From: Eledone cirrhosa | Lineage: Eukaryota | Reading direction: 5' to 3' | DNA length: 64,000 bases | Assembly (NCBI GenBank): GCA_964016885.1 | Contig: OZ024743.1 | Coordinates: 376,464,001 to 376,528,000, forward strand | Shown here: piece after piece, positions 33,740-51,727 of the stretch | Layout: every line of letters starts with the position of its first letter | Position numbering within the stretch: position 1 is the first letter of the stretch | Translations under genes and position numbers: made by a program | Notes under the pieces: model-generated | What the model was told of the DNA's origin: nothing | What the model saw: the letters and a program-made list of their open reading frames with translations, nothing else | Database searches by the model: none

Positions 33740-33869
33740 GCCGCCGCGGCCGCCGCCGCCTCTTCTGCCTCCACTTCTGGCCCTCCATCAGCGGCCGCCG
33801 CCGCCGTCAACTCTGTCGGGACTGGGCTAGAACTTATGTCCACAAGTAGTAACAACAACCATAACAACC

Positions 33870-33900
<31 letters not shown>

Positions 33901-34740
33901 CCACAGCCACAACAACCATCACCACAACAACAACCACAACAACCACAACAACCACAACAACCACAACAACAACATCAACCAAGCTACAGTTGGTACAAAC
34001 GTAACTAGTGTTCTATCTACATCAACATCATCTTGTTCCCCTTCGTCCTTATCGCCACCGGGGGCGGCATCTTCCCTAGTGGTGCAGCAACACCATCAAA
34101 GCCAAGCTGCTTTAAGTGGTGGACTAAACATAAACGTAGCCCCACCACAGCCTCCACCTGCACATTTGTCTCCGTCCCAACGTAACCAGACGTCAAGTCC
34201 TTCTTCGGTAATCTTACACGGTCATACACACCATCACCACAGTATCAATACCCTCACCTCTTCTTCTGCAAACTCAACTAGTGCGGTCACATCGCACCCG
34301 CCCAATATGCTGGTCAACAGCGTCGTTACGGCCGTGTCGGCTGCGGCCGCTGCCGCTGCGGCAGCGGCCGGAGCCACGGGGGTGTGTAAGTTGACTAAAC
34401 CATCAACATACAGTTCCCCACCACCGATTGCTAATAACCCTGAAAATAACGTCTGCAAATTGATTGAATACCGTGGTGCAAAAGTAGCAGCTTTCATGGT
34501 CAATGGAATCGAACTGATTTGCCTACCGCAAGCATTTGACCTGTTCCTCAAACACTTGGTGGGAGGTTTGCATACTGTCTATACAAAACTGAAACGTCTA
34601 GACATTACACCAGTTGTTTGTAACGTTGAGCAAGTAAGAATCCTCCGCGGTCTAGGAGCAATTCAACCGGGAGTAAACCGCTGCAAGTTGTTGTCGTGCA
34701 AAGAATTCGATATATTATACGAGGACTGTACGAACTCCAG
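33413..34740 (+). CDS. dac: Dachshund homolog, probable first coding exon (low-complexity N-terminus + DD1/Ski-Sno domain)
   Basis: CKLIEYRGAKVAAF...LCLPQAFDLFLKHLVGGLHTVYTKLKRLDITPVVCNVEQVRILRGLGAIQPGVNRCKL-type signature. First ATG at 33413 (alternative 33431). Donor AG|GTGAGT at 34740/34741. Confidence 0.96.
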
Positions 34741-34746
34741 GTGAGT
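34739..34746 (+). other. 5' splice donor (phase 2)
   Basis: ag|gtgagt at the end of DD1, before the expected RPGRPPKR. Confidence 0.9.
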
Positions 34747-35074
34747 ATTGGCAATGAGTAAAATTACGCAATGTTCGCATTTTTATGTAATAATAATAAT
34801 AATAATATTTCATGTTTTGTTCTCCGTTTGTTTGTATATTTTTTGTATATTTAATACATTTTTTTTTAGTCATTTTTTAAAAATGTATGCTTCAAAAAAA
34901 TTTGTATTTCATTAACATGATAATTCAGACTCGTAAATTACGTTCGATATTTTTTTTATTCTATCAAATTGCTAAAAGTTTGTTGATGACTTATTGAGAT
35001 GCGTGTAGAGACTTGTAAACATAAACACACACAAACATAAACAGACACACAAACAAACATAAACAGACGAACAG

Positions 35075-35113
<39 letters not shown>

Positions 35114-35618
35114 CATGCATACACGCATGTGCAGACATATATACATATAGATATATAAATATAGATGTATAAATATATATATATGTCCACACATACTTAC
35201 ATACATATTTACATACACAAACACACATATGCATGCATGTATGTATGTATGTATGTATGTATGTATGTATGTATGTATGTATGTATATATCTATGTATGT
35301 AGGTAGGTATGTATGTACGTATGTATATATGTATGTATAATTTACAATGAAGAGAAGTTGTTCATACTGTGACGATGCAGAGTTGAGAAATAATTCTATA
35401 AATTATCTGATTGACTAAATCTTGCTGAATATATATGTCAGGTTTCGGCAAGTATTGGCCCGGGCTATTATATGTATATATATATAATATATATATACAA
35501 TATATATATATAATATATATATACAATATATATATATAATATATATATGTATGTGAGTGTGTGCGTGCGTGTATGAGTATGTGTATTATTGGCACACACA
35601 CACACATACTCACATATG

Positions 35619-35668
<50 letters not shown>

Positions 35669-36068
35669 CATGTGTGGTGTATATGTATATACAAATGTAC
35701 AAATATTTTTAGACATGTAGACATAAACATGGGTGCACAGAATTTAACATTGCTGCATTTATGCAAACATACATGCATATGTACTTGTATATACACACAT
35801 ACATATATATAACTGCAGTTATAAATATACGTATATTTATACGTACGTATATATATGTATATATTTGAATCTGTCAATGCTTCTTTTTGTATATATTTGT
35901 GTATGAAGCACTTGCTGCGTCTGTTTACACTATATATATGTATATATATATATACATATATACATATGTAACGTACCTGCATATGTACACACAAACACTC
36001 ATATATATATATATAGATGTTTACAGACATAAGTATACATATCTATTCACCTATATACATATGTATAC

Positions 36069-36196
<128 letters not shown>

Positions 36197-36277
36197 GTAT
36201 ACATATGTATACATATATATATATATATATTTATACATACATACATATATATGTATGTATAAATATTTATATGTATG

Positions 36278-36376
<99 letters not shown>

Positions 36377-36770
36377 ATGTGTGTGAGTGTGTATGTATAT
36401 GTATCTAGAATAGTTTGTTAGTGTGTGTATTTATTGCGGTGTATAAAATTGTTTTTTACACACCAATAAATACACTGTTTAATACAGAAAAAAGGTACAT
36501 ATTTTAATAGTAAACTTAATAAATATAGATGCATAGATGTATACATACATGCATACATATGCCTGTGCGCACGCACACACACACACGCCCACACACACAT
36601 ACAGACACACACTAACACATATATATATATTAATATATAAAGCCATTTATGCATACTCACACACGTATTTCAAAAATGCTTAAATACAAACGCACGCACA
36701 CACACACTCGCACACACGCGCACACATTTATATATATATAAGACTATATATAAAAGTATATGATTATATA

Positions 36771-36847
<77 letters not shown>

Positions 36848-37078
36848 TTACATATGTATATATACATATATATATATATACATATATGTATGTATATATA
36901 TATGTATATAGATATGTATATATATATATATATATACATATATATATGTGTATATATATATATATACATATATACATATACATATATATACATATACATA
37001 TATATACATATATACACACACATATACATTTATATATATATATATGTATATGTGTGTATATATATGTATATATATATA

Positions 37079-37183
<105 letters not shown>

Positions 37184-37656
37184 ATTTAGTATTGTTACTA
37201 AATATAGTTAAAACAAAAAAAAAACTGTATACATGAAGAAACAACCGTCAGTTTTCAGTTTCCCAAAAAATAATTATTCTATATAGAAATATAATGGTGA
37301 TTGCACTGAAATGAATTATGTAATGATGGTCAGTTCTTAATCTATTTGTATATCGGTTCACAAGCCCACCATCACAATGTTATCAGGTACTTCACGTGGA
37401 GGAAGGTAGGTGTTAACTGACTTCAAATAAGGTCATATACCACAGGGACACATACAAATATTTTTATTAATGATTATCTCTTATATAACTCGAAATATTT
37501 GAATCGTTATAATATATATCCATACACTTAAACAAATAATATACTGTCATATTTTAGAGTCAAATATAATGCTTTATCATCTTATGGTTAACTATTATAA
37601 TGAAATCTAATATATATATATATATAATGTATATATATATATAAATAAATAAATAA

Positions 37657-37755
<99 letters not shown>

Positions 37756-37784
37756 TATATGTGTGTGCGTGTAGTGGGTGTGTT

Positions 37785-37971
<187 letters not shown>

Positions 37972-38022
37972 GTATATATATATTATTTATATATAAGTAT
38001 ATTTATGTCTGCATGTATGTGC

Positions 38023-38529
38023 AAGGCCAGATTTAATGGGATTCAAGAGGGACAACTGACCCGGGCCACTCGCACCGGGGGTAACCTCTAGGCTTTTTAG
38101 TTGTATAACTTTGACAACGAGAATTATATTCTTAACAAAAAGTATTTACTGTCCTTTCTGTGGCAAAATTCATCAACTTTTCTCAACTTTAGTGACATCA
38201 GATTGTTATCAGAACAATAAAATTTGTGTTAGGAAGGTCATCCATCCATAGAAACCATGCAAACTATCATATCTAAGAGAAAGATGCGGTCGCTCCGATA
38301 TGTCTGATCTCGGACTGTAACAATTCGCCCAACACATGCCAGTGTGGAAAGCGGACGTAAAATGAAGATGGTTTGATTTTTTAAATTTAGTAGCTGCATG
38401 TATAACTTTTCAATTCCAATTACTTGCGCCAAGCCGACTTTAATATGTAAAATTGTGGGTTTGCTGTGTATTCTAATTTGTTGTGTACGTGGGGACCTCA
38501 AGCCTGAAGTACCCTGCCCCACCGGCCCT
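38023..38529. mobile_element. hAT-like MITE
   Basis: Ends aaggccagattt / ccggccctg. Shares tgtataactttt..caattacttgcgccaagc with 14834-15092. Confidence 0.55.
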
Positions 38530-38591
38530 GTGTATGTATGTATACGTGTGTGACCTTACATACACACACAGAGGTATATATATATACATAT

Positions 38592-38655
<64 letters not shown>

Positions 38656-39143
38656 TAATAATAAGTTATGTATGTTTGTATATTTAGTCCCTGTGTGTGG
38701 GACCTCAAAATTTACACATAAGCCCTTACACACGGATACACATAAAGCACTTCCTATCTCAGTCAAATTTCTACAATATAAAGTTTGCTTTACAACGGTC
38801 GGTTTCCAGCCCTTTATTTGTACATTTTAAAAAGTTATTCATACATTTAATCCTGTATGTTATGTGTACATATATGCTGGACATCTAAGTAATTATATCC
38901 TAGAAATATGTTACTATTAGCAATGTTATCGTTACTTACTTCCACATGGGAGTAACTAACTTGAACAATACGGTTTCTCTCACACAAATCATTAATTTAT
39001 TAAATTTCTCTGCTTGCATGATTATTCATTTGTCCGGTATTCCTGGTACAAAAGGCATCTTGGATTCCAAAGATGTAATATGTTCAATGTTATTACCATC
39101 ATTGACTGCATTGGTCTACTGTATGTATATATAGGTATACGAG

Positions 39144-39201
<58 letters not shown>

Positions 39202-39264
39202 CTCGTATATCTATATATACATACATGTATATATATATAACTCGTATACCTATATATACATATA

Positions 39265-39412
<148 letters not shown>

Positions 39413-39460
39413 AAGTATAGGAGTTATATAAACACATGGGTTATATATAAACACATGAAT

Positions 39461-39524
<64 letters not shown>

Positions 39525-39532
39525 ACACACAT

Positions 39533-39563
<31 letters not shown>

Positions 39564-39931
39564 CACGCGCACATCATGATTTGATTAGCTAGCTGTCCAG
39601 CATTACGCGTAACTTTTGAACGTGTTACGATTCCTGGTGTAATATTACTATATATATATTTCTAAAATGTCATTTGTACATATATGCTGAACATTCATGT
39701 AATTATATCCTAGAAATATATTATTATAATATCCTTTTTATCTTTAATCACTTTCGGTGTCATAAAATATAGCATTTCTGTTATGCAAACCATTAATTTA
39801 TCAAAAGGCAAATGTCCCGGTTTCTTTGAGTGTTCATATACACGGTAATCCTGGTATATATATATATATATATATGAATGAAAAATGGCGTGCTGCGTTG
39901 TTGCGAATATGAACATATATATATATATATG

Positions 39932-40064
<133 letters not shown>

Positions 40065-40142
40065 TATTCGGGAGCTTCCAACAGTAATGGTTGCATTCTT
40101 TAAGGGTATGTCAATATTTATTTATAAAACTGATCTATATTA

Positions 40143-40207
40143 TATTTTATCTGATGAAAGCACACCATAATTTAACTTGGTGTCCTTGAAATATGTATAA
40201 TGAAATA
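40143..40207 (+). ncRNA. Type I hammerhead ribozyme, sense strand within dachshund intron
   Basis: tattttat CTGATGA aagcacacca..tggtgtcctt GAAA tatgta TA atgaaata. Related to 19065-19125. Confidence 0.78.
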
Positions 40208-40246
40208 AATATGGTTTTATAAATATAGTTTCCATTTGTTAATATC

Positions 40247-40301
<55 letters not shown>

Positions 40302-40319
40302 TGTATATATATATATATT

Positions 40320-40451
<132 letters not shown>

Positions 40452-40454
40452 TAA

Positions 40455-40576
<122 letters not shown>

Positions 40577-40733
40577 GGCATACCAATCCTGGATTTCCCG
40601 AAATTAAATATTTCCAACGTTATCGCCGTAATTGCTCATAATACAGCTCCACAAGTGTATAAATATATATATATATATACAGGAACGCATTATATATTTA
40701 TATGTATACGTATATCCGTTTATATATATGTGT

Positions 40734-40816
<83 letters not shown>

Positions 40817-41004
40817 TATATATATAGAGAGAGAGAGAGGGGGGGGGGATACATATATACTTACATACATACACAGGCACAAATATATACATAAATACAT
40901 ATGTATATATGAGTGTGTAATATATATATATATATAGATATAGACGGAAATTCAGATAAAAAGATATACATCCATACTTATACTCACACACACTCACACA
41001 GACG

Positions 41005-41038
<34 letters not shown>

Positions 41039-41721
41039 CATATATATATATATAATTACAGAATATTAATTTTAAAAAAACCTAAATCATTACACATGTC
41101 AGAATAAAATAGTAATTGTGTATTTAATGAACAATAAAATTTATTCTACCACGATACGACGATTTAATAATTTCCAGTCCAATTCCAAAGACATGACGGG
41201 ACCTCACACCAAATTACTCAACAAACAAGGAAAAATCTCGAAATATTTTAAATAATAAAACATTTGTTTTATTTGTTTCTGTTAAACCATTTTAATTTTT
41301 ACATATGTCTCACTCCACAAACTGTCCATTTCCGTCTCTCCCCTCTATCTTTTTCTCTCGCACCCCTACCAGGCTCACGTTGAGGATGAGTGTGTTGGTA
41401 GTTAGGGGTGTTGGTAGCGATGGGTTCTCTGTCCCCCAAGCCGTAGTGTAAACTTTCTATCATCCACCCTGAAGTACTCTTCCTCCTCTTTCCCTTTCTC
41501 TCCCTTTCTTCTTTCTACAAACACATTCCTCAATTGTAAACAACTAATTTTTGTGTATTTGCTAAACATATTTGCTAAGATAATCCGCTCCCTGTCATTG
41601 GGATGTCTGTCTGTCTGTCTGTATGTCTGTCTGTCTGTCTGTATGTATGTCTGTCTGTCTGTCTGTCTGTATGTATGTATGTGTGTATGTATGTATATAT
41701 GTCTGTATGTATGTATGTATG

Positions 41722-41752
<31 letters not shown>

Positions 41753-41757
41753 GTATG

Positions 41758-41823
<66 letters not shown>

Positions 41824-42043
41824 CATACAAACAAAACGAGCATTATAATAAATGTTCGGTAAACCGATACGTGCATATATGTATGTGTGCATGTATGTAT
41901 ATATATACATACTACTGTACGTCTGTATACATATATGTATGTACGTATACATACATACATACTTACATTTAAGTAACTGCCGTACTAAGAGTGAGAAATG
42001 AAATTTCGTTTCATTCTATTCTATATATACATATATATATATG

Positions 42044-42141
<98 letters not shown>

Positions 42142-42242
42142 TATGGATTTTAGTCTTCAATTTTATTATTATTACTATATATATATATATATATAGGTTT
42201 AGGATGGTGGCTTGGACGGGACAAGAGGAGAATACACACACA

Positions 42243-42307
<65 letters not shown>

Positions 42308-42401
42308 CATAAACAAGTCTGAATATATGCATATGTCTGTATGGATGTGTATATAAGTAAGTGTGTATGTATGTCTATGTATATATACAGATATATATTT
42401 A

Positions 42402-42437
<36 letters not shown>

Positions 42438-42477
42438 TATAGATATATATATGTGTGTGTGTATGTATGTCTGCATG

Positions 42478-42606
<129 letters not shown>

Positions 42607-42709
42607 TTATTTATTTATTAAAATATTTGCACTACGGTTCTTATATATTTGATATATATTTATCCTTATCAAGCCCTCTTTGGATTTTAGTCTTCAAATT
42701 AATTATTAT

Positions 42710-42751
<42 letters not shown>

Positions 42752-42755
<4 letters not shown>

Positions 42756-43028
42756 TGAAAAGATAACAAGGACGATTGGTTACTCCTTCATTACATTTAT
42801 TGGTAGGTGACGCGTGTTTCGCCACTGATCAGCTCAAGGTTCCATCTGTATCGATCTTACCCGACTCTATAATCGGCAGCTCGACGGACACTTTTTGAAG
42901 GAGTAACCAATCCTCCTTGTTATCTTTTCAATATAATACACTCTGTCTAGCTCTACACCTCCACACAGAAGTGAACCTAAACATCGAGTGCTCTCCCGGG
43001 TGAACCTACCATAACTCCAAGTTACACT

Positions 43029-43032
<4 letters not shown>
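42752..43032. mobile_element. TA-flanked element with inversion and 3' half hammerhead
   Basis: 42752-42790 is inverted versus 42895-42933. Minus strand ggc GAAA cacgcg TC acc. Confidence 0.6.
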
Positions 43033-43112
<80 letters not shown>

Positions 43113-43370
43113 TTAGTAAAATATATATATATATAGGCATATATGTAAGGCTGATCGGTAGAAAACGACAATTAAATAAGTTATCCCTCAATACATTAGT
43201 GGATCAAAAACATATATATAGTATATAGAAATAACTGTTTCTACTTTTGGCACAAGGCTAGCCATTGCCCCAGTGTATTACTGGTACTTTATTTTATCGT
43301 AGAAATAACATCTACAGACTTGTACTGAGTACATCAGATCTAGTCCGGTGGAAATAATTTCTCTATAATA

Positions 43371-43417
<47 letters not shown>

Positions 43418-43523
43418 ATGTGTGTGTCTGTGTGTATATATAAATATATATATATATATGTGTATGTGTGTGTCTGTGTATATATATAAATATCCTTACA
43501 TATATATATATATATGTGTGTGC

Positions 43524-43668
<145 letters not shown>

Positions 43669-43675
43669 TACGATA

Positions 43676-43735
<60 letters not shown>

Positions 43736-44027
43736 TATATATAGCAATTATTACACATACAGTAATAATTTGTTTCTTCTAGTAATATACTTCTCTATCA
43801 TACTGATGTCAACTGTTAAAAAGTAATTCTACACACACACATACACACACATATATATATATACATATATATTTATTTGTATATGTATATATATATATAT
43901 ACACACACACACACATACACACATATATATATATACATATAATTTTTATTATTATTATTATTATTAGCAAAGGTTAAAGGTTTAAGCAAGGTTTAAGCAT
44001 TGAGAGTTAGATATATATACATATATA

Positions 44028-44064
<37 letters not shown>

Positions 44065-44203
44065 AAGTATGTATATATAAATATGTATGTATATATATAT
44101 ATATAGTTACCATTCATTTATTGGATCGGGAACCTTCAGTTCCGGAGCAGCCTTATTCGTCTCTTTAACCTACCTACCTATATATGTATATATATATATA
44201 TAT

Positions 44204-44338
<135 letters not shown>

Positions 44339-44482
44339 TATATACATATATATATATATATACATATCTATATACGTATTCATAAACAATACATACATAA
44401 ATGCATACATAGACTCATATAGACACACACAAATACATATATATTTATTTGTATATGTATATATATATATACACACACACAT

Positions 44483-44515
<33 letters not shown>

Positions 44516-44518
44516 GAT

Positions 44519-44611
<93 letters not shown>

Positions 44612-44894
44612 ATGCATGAAACAGTTCTAGTCCTGTAGAAGCTTTTCTATATTAAAACATTTATACTCTGCTATGTATTGAGTACATTACTTATTGTGGT
44701 TATCCGCGGTTGTACCCGGAATAACTTATATATACATATATATATATATACATACATATATAGGTGTCAGTTTGTCTGTGTTAACAGATGGAGATAAAAA
44801 GAAAGATAAATGAAAGGTGTCTGTATATATTAATATCTTTGCGCGTGTGTATACATATGTGAATGTATTCATTCTGTATATCCACATATACATA

Positions 44895-45036
<142 letters not shown>

Positions 45037-45110
45037 TATGTACATACATATGTATACATATACATATATGCATGCCTATATACATACATATATATATGTG
45101 TATATATATA

Positions 45111-45173
<63 letters not shown>

Positions 45174-45185
45174 ATGAATATATAT

Positions 45186-45274
<89 letters not shown>

Positions 45275-45471
45275 TATACGTACATATATATCGATATGCA
45301 AGTGTACATATTTATACATGTATATATAAACTTATACATATATATTTATATTTATATATACATACATATGTAAGTGTAAATAAGTATCTATATACACACA
45401 CACACATATAAATATATATATATATATATATATGTAAATGTATATGTAAATTTATATATGTTTATATGTAA

Positions 45472-45613
<142 letters not shown>

Positions 45614-46016
45614 TCATAAGCAAAGACAAAAACACACGGATCTGGAACATTTAAAGTAATTGGAATTACACGTCAACTGGTGAATAAACCTTGCCTGTTG
45701 CCTGTAGCCGTGGGTTGTAGAGTAAAAGACTCATTGCACTCTCAGTCATAGATAATAATTACATTCCCATCTGGGGTGAACTCTCATAATGTAAGCTGTG
45801 GAATACACATGTGTGTTTACACATATACAAACGCGGACACTCATACACATACGCACATGCATACACATTCCCTACTCTCGTTTATACGTACAAATATATA
45901 TATATGTTTGTTTATTTATATATATACATATACATTTATACACATATCTATTGCTCTCATATAGATATGTGTGTGCATGTGTTTGTAAAATTATATATAT
46001 ATATTTACACACACAC

Positions 46017-46049
<33 letters not shown>

Positions 46050-46156
46050 TGTATGTATGTATGTATGTATGTATGTATAAACAGTATATGTATGAGTGTA
46101 TCCTTGTAAATCTTTTATAAATCTTTCATATACATTAACATATGTATATATGTATT

Positions 46157-46241
<85 letters not shown>

Positions 46242-46418
46242 ATAAATATATATATATATATATGTATGTATATAAATATATATATATATATATATGTGTA
46301 TATATATATATATATGTGTGTGTATATATATATATACTTATACATCTGTAAATATATACAAAAGGTTTGCAAAGATCACTCATTATATATACTGTATATA
46401 CATATACACATATGTGTA

Positions 46419-46458
<40 letters not shown>

Positions 46459-46633
46459 GTTAGACCGCGTGATGGCAGTGACAAAAGTTCACGTCGTACA
46501 ATATATGTAGGTAAATACCGCTTATCTCTTACATCAGAACCAGATGTTTCCACTCTTGATTACACGGTGAAATCATAGTTTATTTTATCCAGTATGCGTT
46601 TGGAAAGAAACCATTGTACACTTACTCAAACCC

Positions 46634-46693
<60 letters not shown>

Positions 46694-46840
46694 CTCTCTC
46701 TATCTATTGGGGAAAATCGACTAACTTTTTAAATTGCATTTGTGATAACATTTTACACGTTTTTATTGTATGTAAACTTCCCCCTTTGTATTTGTCCCCT
46801 TCTTTTGTACCTCTGTGGATAATAAAGAAACATATCTATC

Positions 46841-46896
<56 letters not shown>

Positions 46897-47007
46897 CATC
46901 TATGCTTCTGTTCGTCTGTCAACATGTTTCTCTTCTTGGCTGTCTGTCAATGTCTCTAAACACACACATATCCATACACACAACGATACACACACGCACC
47001 CCTCCCT

Positions 47008-47060
<53 letters not shown>

Positions 47061-47157
47061 GAATATATGTATACATTAAGGGCTCTGGAGAGGACTGGAA
47101 AATATGTAGATTCCCGGTGTGAATCGGGAGTGGACCATTGTCAAATATATATATATT

Positions 47158-47197
<40 letters not shown>

Positions 47198-47263
47198 CCC
47201 TTTTTTCTATATGTCTCTCCACCACTCCCCCACACAACCCTTGGAACTCTCTTCCCACACACT

Positions 47264-47340
47264 TTTCACCTGAAGAAGGGCTTATGCCCGAAACGTTGTT
47301 CCCCTCCCCCCAACCACATCACTCTCAAGAGCGTGAAACT
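47264..47340 (+). ncRNA. Hammerhead-like motif in probable solo pLTR (about 47196-47394)
   Basis: tttcac CTGAAGA a gggc ttat gccc GAAA cg ... gtgaaa, then aataaa. Stem III is degenerate. Confidence 0.55.
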
Positions 47341-47390
47341 AATAAACCTTTGTTCGTACTGCCTCTCTGTTTTGTTCCCGTTCAATTTTT

Positions 47391-47453
<63 letters not shown>

Positions 47454-47578
47454 CCGTCGAAACGGCTTGAGCTCAGCTGTCGGGGTCTTACTGGTTCCTA
47501 TTACCCACTGTACTACCTCAAGTATTGAGTACTTTGGTGCGTTATGGTCCACCTGGTTCCTTACCACATTTCCTTCGT

Positions 47579-47609
<31 letters not shown>

Positions 47610-47627
47610 TCATCATCATCATCATCA

Positions 47628-47863
47628 GGTTTAGCGTCCGTGTTCCACGCTTGCATGGGTTTGGACGGGGGTTTTCCCACTTGAGGCAAGAGTGGTTGTC
47701 TTGCTGGCATAGGACTGTCTGGCGGGTTTTCTACAGTTGGATGCCCTTCCTAACACCAACCACATTTACAGTGTGGGGCTGAGAGGTTTTTACCGTGTTG
47801 CCTACACGGCCACATTACAGCGTGGACTGTCTGGCGGGTTTTCTACAGCTGGATGCCCTTCCT
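47628..47863. mobile_element. SINE/RTE-related repeat fragment
   Basis: (CAT)n followed by a duplicated ggatgcccttcct motif. Confidence 0.5.
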
Positions 47864-47917
47864 ACATATATATATGTATATATATATATATGTATATGTA
47901 TATATATACATGTATAA

Positions 47918-47947
<30 letters not shown>

Positions 47948-47948
<1 letters not shown>

Positions 47949-48149
47949 GGAACCAGTAAGACCCCGACAGCTGAGCTCAAGCCGTTTCGACGGCTAATTC
48001 TGGACTAATTCAGTCCAGAATTAGCCGTCGAAACGGCTTGAGCTCAGCTGTCGGGGTCTTACTGGTTCCTATTACCCACTCTACTACCTCAAGTATCGAG
48101 TACTTTGGTGCGTTATGGTCCACCTGGTTCCTTACCACATTTCCTTCGT

Positions 48150-48151
<2 letters not shown>
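47948..48151 (+). mobile_element. Short inverted element, half-hammerhead family (also 47450-47580, 48781-48899, 53675-53863, 18135-18198)
   Basis: ccgtc GAAA cggc ttgagctca gctg TC ggggtc. Arms of about 58 bp. TA flanks. Confidence 0.8.
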
Positions 48152-48181
<30 letters not shown>

Positions 48182-48741
48182 CATGTATACATGTATATAT
48201 ATATATATGTCTTGTATACGGACAAGGGTTTACATGCTTAAAATTTCAGGCACACATACACATATATATGCGTCTATATACTAAACACGAAGATCAATTT
48301 CATTCGATCAAGACCCCGTAGTGTGTACTATGATTTCACGAAGGGCTTTATGTTGTCATATAGAGACAATTACACGCAAACATCTTCTTATTCTTGACCC
48401 AGCTGAGCCTTCAGGATGTAACAAATGGAAAGAGAGAAGCATGTCGTAATTCTCCACTGTTTTTTTCTTTATCTATTCAGAGATGATGGAAGACAGATTC
48501 GAATAAGGCGGGATTGCCATCCAAATTGAAATCGCAGATAGCTGAAACATATGTTGCGCAATAGATTCGACCGGTACACACACATGAATGTACACACATT
48601 CACCCTCTCTGTTTCTCTCTCTATATCCCACCCTCACTCACACACACACGCACACACACACATACACACACACATAAATGCATATTTATGCGCTAATAAT
48701 AATAATAATATTAATAATATTGATATATCGATATATATGTC

Positions 48742-48783
<42 letters not shown>

Positions 48784-48896
48784 GGAGGAAATGTGGTAAG
48801 GAACCAGGTGGACCATAACGCACCAAAGTACTCAATACTTAAGGTAGAATTAGCCGTCGAAACGGCTTGAGCTCAGCCGTCGGGGACCTACTCGTT

Positions 48897-48972
<76 letters not shown>

Positions 48973-48975
48973 TAC

Positions 48976-49042
<67 letters not shown>

Positions 49043-49069
49043 TATATATATATATATACATATACATAC

Positions 49070-49138
<69 letters not shown>

Positions 49139-49201
49139 AAGTATGTCCATAGAGCCATTTGATAAAATATATACACGATTTCCTCTCCTATATATATATT
49201 T

Positions 49202-49253
<52 letters not shown>

Positions 49254-49686
49254 TGAATTGTTCTCAGAAGAGGAATGTCAGGGAATGGCAGTTACATAAT
49301 GTACTTAATGCAATAGTAGAGAAGATACATATTTTATTTGTTACAGAAATAATGTTTACGTGACTAGAACTGTTCCATTCCTTTGAAAATATGCGTGTAT
49401 ATATGTATATATGTGTGTGTGTGTGTGTATTTATATACATGTACGTTTGTGTATATATATTAATACATATATTAATGTATATATATTAATAAACATATGT
49501 ATACATAATGTATATTTTTATATGCATATGCATATATATATATAGATACATACACTCACATAAATTTGTATATATACGTGTATATAAATATGTTTATATA
49601 TATGCCCATACACACACACATACACACCTACGCGCGTGCGCACATATAAATATAAATATATATATATATCTTTTTAAATATATGTA

Positions 49687-49772
<86 letters not shown>

Positions 49773-49967
49773 TATATACATATGTGTGTATATATATATA
49801 CGTTTATATATGTATATCTCTGCATGTTTTTACCAATATATACATATATACATACATTCATATATATATACATACACACGTGCATAGCTCCACATATACG
49901 TATACATTCATATATATATATACATACACACACGCATATACATATATATATACATATACATACGCAC

Positions 49968-50020
<53 letters not shown>

Positions 50021-50146
50021 ATTTAATATAATAAAGAGAGATAAACACAGATATATACATATGTGTTCAAATCATAGGGGACCAGATTCACTAGGGTATT
50101 TTAATTGTAAGGGACTATTCTGAATTTCTAACTCAATATATGCTTT

Positions 50147-50190
<44 letters not shown>

Positions 50191-50961
50191 TCACACATAT
50201 TCCCACATACACATGCATTCATATTTACATACATACATTAACATTACCTCTTCTTCTCAGATTATCGTTATTTTATTATTTGCTGAATTGTTGGTGCGTC
50301 GAACAAAATACCTTCTGGTATTTATTTCTACCCTTTATATTCTCACATCAAATCCCACCGACATCAACTTTAGTTTTCATTCTTTTGGAGGTAGAATATA
50401 TAACATGTTCATTATCTACTGGAGCTCGATGCAATTGACTGTTTCCTTTCCACTCCATATTACTGTTATTGTTAGAGACCAGCATTCATTTATTGGATCG
50501 GGGCCCTTCAACCCCGGAGCCTTATTCGTCTCTTTAGCCTACCTAAATTGTCTCTTTGTTTCTGAATTGTTTCATTTTTATTTAACTCTAAATAATCTGT
50601 AATGATTTAACCGAATATGTCTAAAATCAGATTTGTTAATTCATATGTTTAAAATATTCAGCATGTTGTGAAAATGTGCAGCAAACTGAAATAAAGGCTT
50701 TGAATATAAATTTTAATATTAATACGATGCAGTCATAGTGATGTTTTCTACTTTTCGAGAATATCTTGCTAATGCAGTTTCAGGTGGTATAGGCCTTTAA
50801 GAGTTAATCTCCTAACTTGTATTAAAATAAATGACCAGGTCAAATCTCATTGAGTAAAGAAAAAAAAAAAAATGAACTAAATTCAGATTTGTTTAGTATA
50901 ATAAATCCTACGCTTGCGATATACGTATATATATATATATATATATATACGTATATATATG

Positions 50962-50996
<35 letters not shown>

Positions 50997-51188
50997 GTAT
51001 GTATATATATATGTATGTATGTATATATGTATATATATATACATAAATTCACAAATATATATATACATATATATACACATATATATATATACATATATAT
51101 ACACATATATACATATATGTATATATATATATATATACATTCATGTATACATCGTTATTTCATCAATCCTAATATATATATATATATT

Positions 51189-51308
<120 letters not shown>

Positions 51309-51389
51309 CACACATATATGTATATATATATATATATACATTCATGTATACATCGTTATTTCACCAATCCTAATATATATATATATATT

Positions 51390-51489
<100 letters not shown>

Positions 51490-51533
51490 CACACATATAT
51501 GTATATATATGTATATATACATATAGTGACCAG

Positions 51534-51727
51534 CAGCGCTGGATTAACGATTAAACAAAGTAAGGACATGCTTAGGGTTTCAATGTGCGAAGGCCACAAT
51601 TTTATTTAAATGTCATTAAAAAATAAAAATAAATCAGAAATAAAATACTATTTGGCAGACTTTATATATGTGATGTACCATAATATTTCAATTGCCTGGG
51701 CCTTCAAAAGTACTTAATCTAACCCTC
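51534..51727. mobile_element. Degenerate hAT-like MITE
   Basis: cagcgctggattaa / ttaatctaaccct ends. Confidence 0.45.

Noticed and set aside
33421-33915. Antisense acidic/Gly ORF over dac
   Set aside because: Shadow of trinucleotide repeats
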